In this document: in pieces, positions 14,816 to 23,830 of the stretch
Layout: each line of letters opens with the position of its first letter
Numbering within the stretch: the stretch's first letter is position 1
From: Candidatus Taylorbacteria bacterium RIFCSPLOWO2_01_FULL_50_130
Lineage (GTDB): Bacteria > Patescibacteriota > Minisyncoccia > Phycocordibacterales > UBA10002
Length of the DNA: 33,269 nt
Direction: 5' to 3'
Assembly: GCA_001821155.1 (NCBI GenBank)
Contig: MHSB01000044.1
Coordinates: forward strand, 1 to 33,269
Position numbers and translations under genes: made by a program
Notes under the pieces: model-generated
Database searches by the model: none
What the model was told of the DNA's origin: nothing
The model's input: the letters and a program-made list of their open reading frames with translations, nothing else

Positions 14816-15204
14816 AAGGTTTGGCCTTAAATCTGGGGAAAGGTCAAACCTTTGTGGTTGGTTCGGAAAAGAAAAAGCCCCGCGCGAATGCGAGGCGTGG
14901 TCAGCGGACAGTGAGATTATCCCAATCATGGCTGGCGGGAACAGACTTTTCGTCCAACAAGGTTAGGATTCCTGAACATCCTATCTGTTGCGCTTTCGTG
15001 CGAATTCGTTGAAGTTGCGCCAACGCGGCCGTGAGATTGGACTGAATGAGTGCGCAACGATACGTAATTCCTTCCTCACCATCAAATCTTACTGCGAACA
15101 GAAATGTAGTGGAGGAAGCGTGGTGCCGTGTTAAGGTTTAGTGGTCTGGAAATTAAATCATTGAAAATTAATCGTAAACCATAATTCATTATTCTTAATT
15201 CATA

Positions 15205-15371
15205 TAGGACTTACGCAATCGGCGTCATTCCCGTGAAGCTTGTCCTCGCGAAGGCGGGGAACGGGAATCCAGGGCGTTAAAAAACGGCCACATACTGGAT
15301 TCCCGCCGTAGCCTGCCCTCGACCTGATCGGGGGCGGGAATGACAGAAAATGACGAAACGCGTAAGTCCTA
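15205..15371 (+). mobile_element. MITE copy A (167 bp), TIR TAGGACTTACGC, 5-bp TSD TCATA
   Basis: TAGGACTTACGC at 15205-15216 is the reverse complement of the end at 15360-15371. TCATA flanks it directly on both sides (15200-15204 and 15372-15376). It is near-identical to copy B except for a 23-bp longer second hairpin. The internal hairpins are ATTCCCG...CGGGAAT. Confidence 0.8.
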
Positions 15372-15388
15372 TCATAATTCAATCTCTT

Positions 15389-17296
15389 ATGTCCAAAATC
15401 ATCGGAATCGACCTCGGCACCACCTTTTCTGCGGTCGCCGTGATGGAAGGTGGAAACCCGAGAGTGCTCGAAAACGCGGAAGGAGCGCGGACAACCCCCT
15501 CGATCGTCGCGCAGTCAAAGACGGGAGAACGCCTCGTGGGGCTTCTCGCGAAGCGGCAAGCGGTAACCAATCCGAAAAACACCGTCTTTCAAATTAAAAG
15601 ATTTATGGGACACACCTTTGACGAGGAAGGAGTGCAGAAGGACGCGAAAAACGTGCCGTTTGAAACGCGTAAATCAGCAAACGGCGGCGTTGAGGTAAAA
15701 ATGAGCGATAGATGGCTCCGACCCGAAGAGGTGTCGGCCATGATTCTTCAAAAGTTGAAAAATGACGCCGAGTCGCGGCTGGGCGAGAAAATCACCGAGG
15801 CGGTTATTACCGTGCCGGCTTACTTCAATGACAGTCAGCGGCAGGCAACTAAGGATGCTGGAAAAATCGCCGGCCTCGATGTGAAGAGAATCATCAATGA
15901 ACCAACGGCGGCCGCGCTCGCGTACGGCTTTAACAAGAAAAAAGATGAAAAGATAGCGGTATTCGACTTCGGCGGCGGCACATTCGACATTTCCATTTTG
16001 GAGGTTGGCGACGACGTGATAGAAGTTAAATCAACGGATGGCGACTCCCACCTCGGCGGCCGCGACATTGACCACACAATCGTCGCGTGGCTGTCCGACG
16101 CCTTCGCCAGGGAAAACGGTATTGACCTGCGCAAAGACCCTCTCGCGCTCCAGAGATTGGATGAAGCGGCCGAGAAAGCAAAAATTGAGCTTTCCGCGGC
16201 CGTTCAAACCGAGATCAACATCCCCTTTATCACTTCCGGAGCCGACGGGCCTAAGCATCTTTTGGTGACGATGACCCGCGCCAAGCTTGAAGAATTGACG
16301 CGGGAGTTTATTGACCGGGCCATGACCATCACCCGGCGGGCGATGGAAGCCAGTCCGTTCAAGGTCAACGAAATAGATGAGGTGGTGCTCGTTGGCGGCC
16401 AGACCAGAATGCCCGCGATTCAGAAAGCGGTGGAAGATTTCTTCAAGAGGGAACCGCACATGGGCGTTAATCCCGACGAAGTGGTGGCGGTAGGCGCGGC
16501 GATTCAAGGCGGCATTTTAGGCGGCGACGTGCGTGACGTGCTTCTGCTTGACGTGATCCCGCTCTCTCTTGGGATTGAGACGCTCGGCGGCGTGGCGACC
16601 AAACTGATTGAAAAAAATACGACTGTTCCTACGGCGCGAACGCAGGTGTTTTCCACCGCGGCCGACAATCAAACCTCGGTGGAAATCCACATCACCCAAG
16701 GTGAGCGCGCCATGGCCGCTGACAATAAGTCGCTCGGGAAATTCATCTTGGACGGCATTCCGCCGGCGCCGCGAGGGCTTCCCCAGGTGGAGGTAACCTT
16801 TGACGTTGACGCCAACGGAATCCTGAATGTTACGGCAAAAGACAAGGCGACCGGCAAGGCCAACTCCATTAAAATTACTGCCTCGTCGGGTCTTTCCAAA
16901 GATGAGGTGGAGAAAATGAAAAAGGAAGCAGCCGTGCATGAAGCGGATGACAAGATTAGACGGGAAGGAGTAGAAGCCAAAAATATCGCCGAGCAATTGA
17001 TTTATACTTCCGAAAAGGCATTGAAAGATGCGGGAGAAAAAGCGCCGGCCGAACTTCGGAAGACGATTGAAGACAAAATCTCCGACATAACACGCGCCAA
17101 AGACGCAATGCCGATTGATACTAACGCGCTTAAAATCGCGTCAGAAGCGCTCTCCAGCGAAATACAGAAAATCGGGCAGTATATAAGCCAAGCCAACCAG
17201 CAACCGGAAAAAGACGAAGGCGGGAAGGGGCCTAATCCTCATGGGGAGGACGACCAAGGAAATGTGAAGGATGCGGAATTCAAAGAAAAAAAATAA
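15389..17296 (+). CDS. dnaK: molecular chaperone DnaK (Hsp70)
   Basis: From ATG 15389: [22 protein letters not shown].., [22 protein letters not shown]. The Hsp70 signatures run throughout. Confidence 0.95.
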   Translation: MSKIIGIDLGTTFSAVAVMEGGNPRVLENAEGARTTPSIVAQSKTGERLVGLLAKRQAVTNPKNTVFQIKRFMGHTFDEEGVQKDAKNVPFETRKSANGGVEVKMSDRWLRPEEVSAMILQKLKNDAESRLGEKITEAVITVPAYFNDSQRQATKDAGKIAGLDVKRIINEPTAAALAYGFNKKKDEKIAVFDFGGGTFDISILEVGDDVIEVKSTDGDSHLGGRDIDHTIVAWLSDAFARENGIDLRKDPLALQRLDEAAEKAKIELSAAVQTEINIPFITSGADGPKHLLVTMTRAKLEELTREFIDRAMTITRRAMEASPFKVNEIDEVVLVGGQTRMPAIQKAVEDFFKREPHMGVNPDEVVAVGAAIQGGILGGDVRDVLLLDVIPLSLGIETLGGVATKLIEKNTTVPTARTQVFSTAADNQTSVEIHITQGERAMAADNKSLGKFILDGIPPAPRGLPQVEVTFDVDANGILNVTAKDKATGKANSIKITASSGLSKDEVEKMKKEAAVHEADDKIRREGVEAKNIAEQLIYTSEKALKDAGEKAPAELRKTIEDKISDITRAKDAMPIDTNALKIASEALSSEIQKIGQYISQANQQPEKDEGGKGPNPHGEDDQGNVKDAEFKEKK

Positions 17297-17310
17297 GAGA
17301 AGACAGCAAC

Positions 17311-17344
17311 TGTTGAAATCAGATATCAACATCTGATTTCAACA
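17311..17344. terminator. 14-bp perfect hairpin after dnaK (no T-run)
   Basis: TGTTGAAATCAGAT (17311-17324), loop ATCAAC, ATCTGATTTCAACA (17331-17344). It lies 15 nt after the dnaK stop. The lack of a U-tract makes intrinsic-terminator function uncertain. Confidence 0.45.
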
Positions 17345-17841
17345 CAACAACCTTTGGGCCGGAAACTGAAGCTGACATAAAAACGGCATCTCCAAAATTG
17401 ACGGAGATGCCTTCTGGGAAGGTGGAGTCTGGCAAAGACAACTATTTTCTAGCTCATGTCCATTCTTCTGCGCTCTGACTGCTCCAATCTTTTGAGCCAC
17501 TGTTTTCGCGGTATTCGCCCGTCGAACATTCTCTGGATTGCCTTCCAAGCGTGTTCGGAGAGAGGACGCTCTGCGTTATTCGCCTTTCCATTCGGAAAAG
17601 TAGCTGACGAATGATTTTTCATAAGTTGTGAGCCGCCTTTTCACGGCCGAGTTTGCCCAATGAACTGCTGTACATATAGAAGTATAGCATATGATGATGC
17701 GCGCAGGTGCTGCGACATTCGACTATCCTGTACATATACTTGCATGTTGGGAGATAACTCTTTAAACTAGTCCTATATCAAAAAGTACCCCTTGGAATCG
17801 AAAGCGGTCATGGAGGATGCTAAATTTTAATTGCAATAATC

Positions 17842-18924
17842 ATGAGCAAGGATTACTACAATATCCTCGGAGTGGATAAAGCCGCCTCGAAGGAGGAAAT
17901 AAAAAAAGCGTTCCGGAATTTGGCGCACAAATATCATCCCGACAAGAAGGACGGCGACGAAAAGAAATTCAAGGAGGCCAACGAGGCCTACTCGGTTCTT
18001 TCCGATGATAAAAAACGCGCCGAGTACGATTCCTACGGCCGAGTTTTTTCAGGAGGAGCTGGGAGAAGCGCGGGACCAGATGGTTTTGAGGGATTTGATT
18101 TCTCAAACTTCGCTTCCGGACAGGGATTTGGCGCGAGTGGCTTTGAGTTTGACCTCGGAAACATTTTTGGCGATTTCTTCGGCGGAGCGCGGGAGAGAGC
18201 GCGCCGCGGCAGAGATATTTCAATTGACGTGGAGCTTTCCTTCCATGACGCGGTCTTCGGAACGGAACGGCGAATACTCATCAACAAGACAGCCGCCTGT
18301 GACGTTTGCCGGGGGAGCGGCGCAAAGCCGGGAGCGTCGGAAGAAACCTGCGGCATCTGTAACGGCAAAGGTAAAATTCGCGAGAGTCGGCGCTCCATAT
18401 TCGGTCACGTTCAAACCACGAGAGTTTGCGGAGAGTGCGGCGGCAGCGGCAAGGTTCCGTCGGAAGCCTGCGCCGTGTGCGGCGGAGAGGGCGTCGCGCG
18501 AAAGGAACAGGAGGTTCTCGTAAGGATTCCGGCTGGCATAGAAAACGGAGAAGTGATACGGCTTGGCGGCGTCGGAGAAGCCATAAAAGACGGAACCGCC
18601 GGCGATTTGTACGTAAAAGTGCATGTTGCCAAGCACCCTCTTTTTAGGCGCGAAAAGAGCAACTTGCTTATGGACCTTTCCGTGAAGCTCACGAGTGCGC
18701 TCCTCGGCGATGAATATTCCATCCCCACGCTTGACGGCAACATAACCATTAAAATACCCGAAGGCATCAGACATGGAGAGATTCTGCGTCTGCGCGGCAG
18801 AGGCGTTCCAATAGACAGAAGCAGGCGAGGAGATGTGCTCATCAAAATATACATTGACATACCGAGCAAACTCGCTAAGGAAGCGAAGAAATTGATTGAG
18901 GAGCTTAAAAAGCAGGGGATATAG
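17842..18924 (+). CDS. dnaJ: molecular chaperone DnaJ
   Basis: The J domain is [32 protein letters not shown]. It has a G/F-rich region and four CxxCxGxG zinc-finger repeats ([32 protein letters not shown]). Confidence 0.95.
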   Translation: MSKDYYNILGVDKAASKEEIKKAFRNLAHKYHPDKKDGDEKKFKEANEAYSVLSDDKKRAEYDSYGRVFSGGAGRSAGPDGFEGFDFSNFASGQGFGASGFEFDLGNIFGDFFGGARERARRGRDISIDVELSFHDAVFGTERRILINKTAACDVCRGSGAKPGASEETCGICNGKGKIRESRRSIFGHVQTTRVCGECGGSGKVPSEACAVCGGEGVARKEQEVLVRIPAGIENGEVIRLGGVGEAIKDGTAGDLYVKVHVAKHPLFRREKSNLLMDLSVKLTSALLGDEYSIPTLDGNITIKIPEGIRHGEILRLRGRGVPIDRSRRGDVLIKIYIDIPSKLAKEAKKLIEELKKQGI

Positions 18925-18943
18925 CTCTCGGCGAGGCGCTAAA

Positions 18944-19957
18944 ATGCGAACTGCCGTATTGACACTTTTTTTAGTTGCGGCCGCCTTCGGGGTTGTGGCG
19001 TTTGTCGTTTTACAACCCTCTTTTTCATTTCAAGCTGGAGGGGGACAGGGTGCTGGCGATACAGCAAAGAGGCGGGCACCTAGCGTAGTTTTGATGCTGT
19101 TCGCCGGTGACATCATGCTTTCACGGAAAATTGGCGGGATAATGAAGGAAAAAGGGGACTATCGATTTCATTTCCTGAAGATTGCCTCAACGACCCTACG
19201 CGCGGACATTTCGTTTGCGAATTTAGAAAGCCCATTATCGTCTCGCGGAACAAAATCAGGAAGCGCGTATTCGTTCAGAGCAGAACCGATGGCAGTGGAG
19301 GGTTTGACGTTTGCGGGTTTTGATGTGCTTTCAGTTGCGAATAATCACCTATTTGATTACGGGGAGAAAGCGCTACGCGACACCCTCTCCATTCTTTCCG
19401 AAAATGACATTGCGGCGATCGGCGCCGGAGAAACCTTCCAAGACGCACATGCGCCGAGAGTGATGAAGGTAGGAAGGACGCGGATAGCGTTTCTCGCCTA
19501 TTCCAATCTTTCCGTACCGTTTCTGGGGCGCGCCAGCTCATCGCCGGCCATCGCTTCATTTGACGATGAAATTTTAAGAGGCGACATCGCCCGCGCGCGA
19601 GAGATTGCGGACACGGTCGTCGTGTCGCTGCATTGGGGAGAAGAATATGAGACAAAGCACAATGCCGGGCAAACGCGCGTGGCGAGACTTTTGGTAGACG
19701 CTGGCGCGAATATCGTCATCGGCCACCATCCGCATGTAGTCCAGGAAATTGAAAGATACAACGGCGGCCTCATTGCGTATAGTTTGGGGAATTTTATATT
19801 CGACCAAAATTTTTCGGAAGAGACGGGAAAGGGTCTCGTCTTGCTCGTTACGCTCTCGGAAGGACGCGTTGCCGACGTGACGGCGCAGGAGGTGATGTTT
19901 ACTCGCGACTACCAGCCCTACTTTATGGAGGCCAAGAAAGCAGAAACAGCGGAGTAG
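18944..19957 (+). CDS. CapA/PGA_cap-family metallophosphatase-like protein
   Basis: From ATG 18944 there is an N-terminal TM helix, then FAGDIMLSR, FANLESPLS, GFDVLSVANNHLFDYG, VVSLHWGEEY and IVIGHHPHVVQEIE..SLGNFIFDQ. Confidence 0.8.
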   Translation: MRTAVLTLFLVAAAFGVVAFVVLQPSFSFQAGGGQGAGDTAKRRAPSVVLMLFAGDIMLSRKIGGIMKEKGDYRFHFLKIASTTLRADISFANLESPLSSRGTKSGSAYSFRAEPMAVEGLTFAGFDVLSVANNHLFDYGEKALRDTLSILSENDIAAIGAGETFQDAHAPRVMKVGRTRIAFLAYSNLSVPFLGRASSSPAIASFDDEILRGDIARAREIADTVVVSLHWGEEYETKHNAGQTRVARLLVDAGANIVIGHHPHVVQEIERYNGGLIAYSLGNFIFDQNFSEETGKGLVLLVTLSEGRVADVTAQEVMFTRDYQPYFMEAKKAETAE

Positions 19958-20102
19958 TTTCCTGACTATTATTTCCTGTTCTACCAGAGTCTCTTTGCTT
20001 AGGCGGCAAAATCTGCTACCATAGCGCAGTGGGTAGAGAGTAAGGCGGGATGCAGTATAACGGTAGCTCCGAAGTAGAACCTCTGCCCGCCATTGAGAGA
20101 GC

Positions 20103-20173
20103 CGGAGTATAGTATAGTGGCAGTATACACGCTTCGGGTGCGTGAGGTCTCGGTTCGATTCCGAGTACTCCGA
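20103..20173 (+). tRNA. tRNA-Pro (anticodon CGG)
   Basis: The cloverleaf was folded by eye. Acceptor CGGAGTA/TACTCCG. D arm GTAT-AGTGGCA-GTAT with two G-U pairs. Anticodon stem CACGC/GCGTG with loop TTCGGGT (CGG, G37). T arm CTCGG-TTCGATT-CCGAG. Discriminator A. No CCA is encoded. Confidence 0.85.
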
Positions 20174-20192
20174 GAGGTAGAAGCAATGAGAC

Positions 20193-20492
20193 ATGAAGAC
20201 GCTACTCACTACAGTCGCCATGGTTATTGTCGCCGCCGCTGTCGCGTTCGCGGCTTGGAAATTGTACGACCGATTGGTGTTAAACGCCTCGCGCGGACAG
20301 ACAGAATCAGCCGATGAAACCGTTACCGGAGATTTCCCCGGTTTTGACGGGGGAGACGATACCTTGTTTGAAGATGCGAACGTCATTATTGACAGTGATG
20401 AGGTGTATGAAGACTTTAGCTTGCCGGACGAGGGAATCGAGCCGACACAACCGGATGATGACGGGGCAGATTTTGAGGGCGTCGGCTTTTAG
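20193..20492 (+). CDS. small membrane-anchored acidic protein (hypothetical)
   Basis: The 99-aa ORF has an N-terminal TM helix (LLTTVAMVIVAAAVAFAAW) followed by a strongly acidic D/E-rich tail. I recognise no family. Confidence 0.5.
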   Translation: MKTLLTTVAMVIVAAAVAFAAWKLYDRLVLNASRGQTESADETVTGDFPGFDGGDDTLFEDANVIIDSDEVYEDFSLPDEGIEPTQPDDDGADFEGVGF

Positions 20493-20517
20493 CATATATA
20501 ATTGAATTTTCGAAAAT

Positions 20518-21111
20518 ATGATTATCGCAGACGTGGAAACAACCGGCGTGGATTCGCGTCTGTGTTCACTCGTATCCATTGGAGCGGTAGAATTTGATAG
20601 TCCCAACAATCAATTTTACGTGGAATGCCGCGCGTTCGAAGGTGCGCACATAGAGCGGGAAGCGCTTGTAATTGCCGGATTTACCGCAACGGAGATAAAT
20701 GACGCAAGCAAAAAAACCGATAGGGAAGCGGTAGAAGCATTTTTAACGTGGATGAAAACGTGCAGAGAATGGACCCTGACGGGACAAAATCCATCTTTTG
20801 ACCGCGATTTTTTGCAAGAGACCGCGCACCGCTACCATATAAACTGGCCATTCGCGCACCGTACCGTCGACCTCCACACCATTGCATATGAGCGATTCTG
20901 CAGAATGGGGAAGAAGATACCGCGCAAGAACAATCATTCCGCGCTTAACCTTGATTGCATTTTGGAGTATGTGGGACTGCCGACGAGGGGACATGCTCAC
21001 AATGCCCTTGAAGACGCAAAACTTGAGGGGGAGGCTCTCTCACGGCTTATATACGGGAAAAACCTCCTCACATGCTACGAGAAGTTTCCCATTCGAAACG
21101 CGCATGAATAA
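20518..21111 (+). CDS. DEDDh 3'-5' exonuclease (DnaQ/RNase T-like)
   Basis: Exo I is IIADVETTG, Exo II is GQNPSFDRDFL and Exo III is HNALEDAKLEG (H-x4-D). Confidence 0.85.
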   Translation: MIIADVETTGVDSRLCSLVSIGAVEFDSPNNQFYVECRAFEGAHIEREALVIAGFTATEINDASKKTDREAVEAFLTWMKTCREWTLTGQNPSFDRDFLQETAHRYHINWPFAHRTVDLHTIAYERFCRMGKKIPRKNNHSALNLDCILEYVGLPTRGHAHNALEDAKLEGEALSRLIYGKNLLTCYEKFPIRNAHE

Positions 21112-21294
21112 ACACGAAAAAGATTGGGAGTCCATCATTGTGGGACTTACACACCTGGTTCTTATTCCTCCTATCATTACCAATCATTACTAAAGCGTCC
21201 CGATTCTTGCGCTGAAGATTCCGATATACGCCCCTGTTAGGGCGCATGCGGGCACTGGTCGAAATAAAGAGCCGTTGAAAAAGGCGGAGAAGAA

Positions 21295-21323
21295 TTGACA
21301 GGATATCGGAATTGTGCTAATAT
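21295..21323 (+). promoter_or_regulatory. near-consensus sigma70 promoter
   Basis: TTGACA (21295-21300), an exactly 17-nt spacer, then TAATAT (21318-21323) preceded by TGC. It lies about 80 nt upstream of ATG 21406. Confidence 0.5.
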
Positions 21324-21405
21324 CGTGGGCACCAATCAGACGTGAGTCTGGTTGTTGTTTTTAATCATCAGACGACGCAAAGCGAACCTCGCTCTGCGCC
21401 GGAAG

Positions 21406-21891
21406 ATGCCCGCGATTATGACAATAGAACTGCTAACGACTGCAACATTTCTTCTCTCCACATTCTATGGCGCTTCTGCTCCCGCAAAGACGGATGCTAA
21501 TTTTGAGATGCCGCCTTCCGAAGCCCGACAAACGGTCTTAGCCGATAGACCGCTTACGCTGGAGCAATACGTGCGCGAATACTTCAGAGATACGCCTATT
21601 CTGGCCGAGATAGCGCAGTGCGAGTCTCGCTTCCGGCACCTTGGTAAGGGCGGTGTGGTGCTACGTGGAAAAATGACCGTTGAGGACCTCGGCGTGATGC
21701 AGATTAACGAGTTTTACCACGAAGACACCGCGAAGACGCTCGGTCTTGATCTGCATACGCTTGACGGAAACCTGGCGTACGCAAAGTGGCTCTACACAAA
21801 GGAAGGTCTAACCCCGTGGCTTTCATCTTCGAAATGCTGGAAAAAATCTGAGCATCTGGCCGCTGTAAAAGCGCCGGCAACTGCCAATTAA
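21406..21891 (+). CDS. SLT-domain lytic transglycosylase-like protein with N-terminal signal/anchor
   Basis: ATG 21406 is used (the ORF opens at TTG 21352). The hydrophobic N-terminus is followed by IAQCESRF (catalytic Glu context) and GVMQINEFYH, typical of lysozyme-like SLT domains. Confidence 0.7.
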   Translation: MPAIMTIELLTTATFLLSTFYGASAPAKTDANFEMPPSEARQTVLADRPLTLEQYVREYFRDTPILAEIAQCESRFRHLGKGGVVLRGKMTVEDLGVMQINEFYHEDTAKTLGLDLHTLDGNLAYAKWLYTKEGLTPWLSSSKCWKKSEHLAAVKAPATAN

Positions 21892-21894
21892 ACA

Positions 21895-21920
21895 AAAACT
21901 CCGCGTCAAACGGGGTTTTT
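21895..21920 (+). terminator. rho-independent terminator
   Basis: AAAACTCCG (21895-21903), loop CGTCAAA, CGGGGTTTT(T) (21911-21920). It lies 4 nt after the stop of the SLT-like gene. Confidence 0.65.
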
Positions 21921-21934
21921 GCTACCTTTTACAT

Positions 21935-22111
21935 TGAGATGGTTACAAAACTATTCTTGCTTCAATTTGTCCTTTTTGTCCGATACTTCGTCAAGCTAGC
22001 GCAAAATGATTTTCGTCGTAGCCGGGCTACGCCTCAATCATTTTGCTGGCTTTCCTCGTCTCGAACAAAAAGTCCTAAATTTCGCTTAAAAATAGTTTTG
22101 TAACCATCTCA
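21935..22111. repeat. 177-bp palindromic element with 21-bp perfect termini (MITE-like)
   Basis: TGAGATGGTTACAAAACTATT (21935-21955) is the exact reverse complement of 22091-22111. The interior arms are also imperfectly complementary (..GTCCTTTTTGTCCGA..GCGCAAAATGATT / AATCATTTTGCTGG..TCGAACAAAAAGTCC..). Confidence 0.6.
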
Positions 22112-22129
22112 TTTTCATTTTACTCTCTT

Positions 22130-22336
22130 TTAATGACTCGCCAGAACTCCCTGCCTTCCTAGGCAGGGATGAATGGCGGGTCAGCGAAAGGGGTCGGGGA
22201 AACTGTAGTTTCCCCGTGGAGGAGAGCAGTGAGCGAGTCTGCGAGCGAGCGTTGAGAACCGAGGGTTCTTAAAGGAAACTCCGCTCGCCGAACGCCCTGT
22301 GCTCCTGCACAGGGATAGGACGAGCGGAGTTTACGA
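22130..22336. repeat. 207-bp direct repeat, copy 1
   Basis: It is identical base-for-base, compared by eye, to 25292-25498. It lies 122 nt downstream of the Xer-like gene on the minus strand. Confidence 0.9.
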
Positions 22337-22458
22337 GGGTGGAACTTCTTATTATGAGTACTCCTGCGTACTTATCTGATGCGTGAACATAGCGAGTGGT
22401 CGTTGGCGAAAGGAGTGCGCCGAGGTGAAGACGATGATGCCAAGGGAGACCTTTTTGA

Positions 22459-23433
22459 TTAGAGTCCTTCCCCTCCATGAAATTTCTTATGAATATCTCG
22501 CAAGTGCTTTGAAGTAACGTGTGTATACATTTGAGTCGTTGCGATATTACGATGACCTAGAAACTCCTGCACGATACGAAGGTCAACGCCTTTATTCATC
22601 AGGTCGGTTGCAAACGAATGTCGAAGGGTGTGGGGCGTTGCTAAAAAAGGGGTCCCAGCCATTTTGGAGTATTTTTCCACAATCAACTCAACCCCACGAA
22701 CGGAAATGCGCTTGGAACTCTTTTTCGGGCCCTTAAAATTGATAAAAAGGGCTTCGTCGTCATCCTGACGCTTTTGAATATACTTCTTAAGCCAACGAAG
22801 CGCTCGGTCCGAAAAATAAACCACTCGCGGGTATCCGCCTTTGCCAATTACGCCTAGCTCAAAGTCATTCTTGTTCAGAGCACTCGTTAGCTGCTTAGTA
22901 TTGAGCGCGGTAAGCTCTGCAACACGAAGTCCTGTGCTAAAAAGCGTCTCCAGAATCGCTCGATCACGAAGTCCAGCCAATGTTTCGACATTAGATGATT
23001 CAAAAAGACGGCGAAGCTGTTCTATATTCAAAAACTTGATAAGACGCTCCTTGTGGTCCTTCGGAAGTTTAATTTTTTCCGTGGGAAGCGTCTGGATATT
23101 CTTCTCATGAAAGTAGGACAAAAATGACCGGAGCGCTATGAGATAGCGTATCTGTGTAGAAGCGTGGAGGGTCGGAAAGGCGCGACGGACGATATTAGGG
23201 CGCCTCGAGAGCCAAACGCGATACTTGGATACATGACTCTCGGTTAAATCTTCGGGAGAAAGACGTTCCAATTTTTGTTCCTTCAACCACGAAAAAAATT
23301 TTTGTACGAAACGCGAGTAACTTTTTACCGTGTTCAGGGAGAGTCCTTTTTCCACCTCACAGTACTCAAGAAAATCATTTAGATGTTGGGGAAGCGGTTT
23401 GCTCATAGCATCTTTTTTATAAGGCCTATACAT
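22459..23433 (-). CDS. XerC/XerD-family tyrosine recombinase
   Basis: The N-terminal SAM-like domain reads LNDFLEYCEVEKGLSLNTVKSYSRFVQKF. The catalytic residues are all present: GLRVAEL (R), GKGGYPRVV (K), HTLRHSFAT (HxxR) and LGHRNIATTQMYTHV (H, Y). Confidence 0.85.
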   Translation of the reverse strand: MYRPYKKDAMSKPLPQHLNDFLEYCEVEKGLSLNTVKSYSRFVQKFFSWLKEQKLERLSPEDLTESHVSKYRVWLSRRPNIVRRAFPTLHASTQIRYLIALRSFLSYFHEKNIQTLPTEKIKLPKDHKERLIKFLNIEQLRRLFESSNVETLAGLRDRAILETLFSTGLRVAELTALNTKQLTSALNKNDFELGVIGKGGYPRVVYFSDRALRWLKKYIQKRQDDDEALFINFKGPKKSSKRISVRGVELIVEKYSKMAGTPFLATPHTLRHSFATDLMNKGVDLRIVQEFLGHRNIATTQMYTHVTSKHLRDIHKKFHGGEGL

Positions 23434-23515
23434 GGATTAACCTACATTATACGAGGTATGGTATCTACTGACAACTCGCATTATCCACACCCATTGTCGC
23501 TCTTTCCCCTCCTCT

Positions 23516-23830
23516 TTAGAACTCCGGGAGAAGTCCTCTAATTTTGTTCCCCATCCAAAGCGTCGGAGTAACAATTGCGGTGTTCCAGATTTTTAAAATA
23601 ATTCCCCGCGCATGGGAAAGATTTTCGCGCGCCTTCGATGAGCTGATGACATCGCGCAGGTTGTATCCGAAAGATCCAAGCGCAATGGTGCCATGACGAT
23701 AAATAAGAGGTATAGTTTTGGTAAATCCTTCCCTGCTCCGCTTTACGAAGTCCTTGTTCGTGATTTTGAGGTTAAGATTTGCGATTTGCTTTGGTTTGGA
23801 AACTGTGATTTGGCGCTTTCCCACTATCAT
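23516..23830 (-). CDS. hypothetical 104-aa protein, translationally coupled to the M23 gene
   Basis: Its ATG overlaps the M23 TGA in an ATGA arrangement at 23827-23830. I recognise no motif. Confidence 0.5.
   Translation of the reverse strand: MIVGKRQITVSKPKQIANLNLKITNKDFVKRSREGFTKTIPLIYRHGTIALGSFGYNLRDVISSSKARENLSHARGIILKIWNTAIVTPTLWMGNKIRGLLPEF

Noticed and set aside
15200-15382. The ORFs at 15200-15382(-), 30474-30707(-) and 32265-32771(+) could be real small proteins.
   Set aside because: They are translations of the MITE copies (..GNPVCGRFL.PWIPVPRLREDKLHGNDA..), are repeated wherever the element occurs, and the third runs antisense through scpA.
17339-17548. The 69-aa minus-strand ORF between dnaK and dnaJ.
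   Set aside because: It has no motif, overlaps the hairpin after dnaK, and competes with an equally unsupported 57-codon ORF in another frame. Neither is called as a feature.
14479-17841. A CIRCE (HrcA operator) or other known heat-shock element near grpE, dnaK or dnaJ.
   Set aside because: No TTAGCACTC-N9-GAGTGCTAA or close variant was seen in the spacers or elsewhere in the window.
20014-20067. Calling a second functional tRNA gene upstream of tRNA-Pro.
   Set aside because: Only a D-arm-like segment and an acceptor-like pairing exist. No T arm or anticodon arm can be formed, so it is reported only as a relic.
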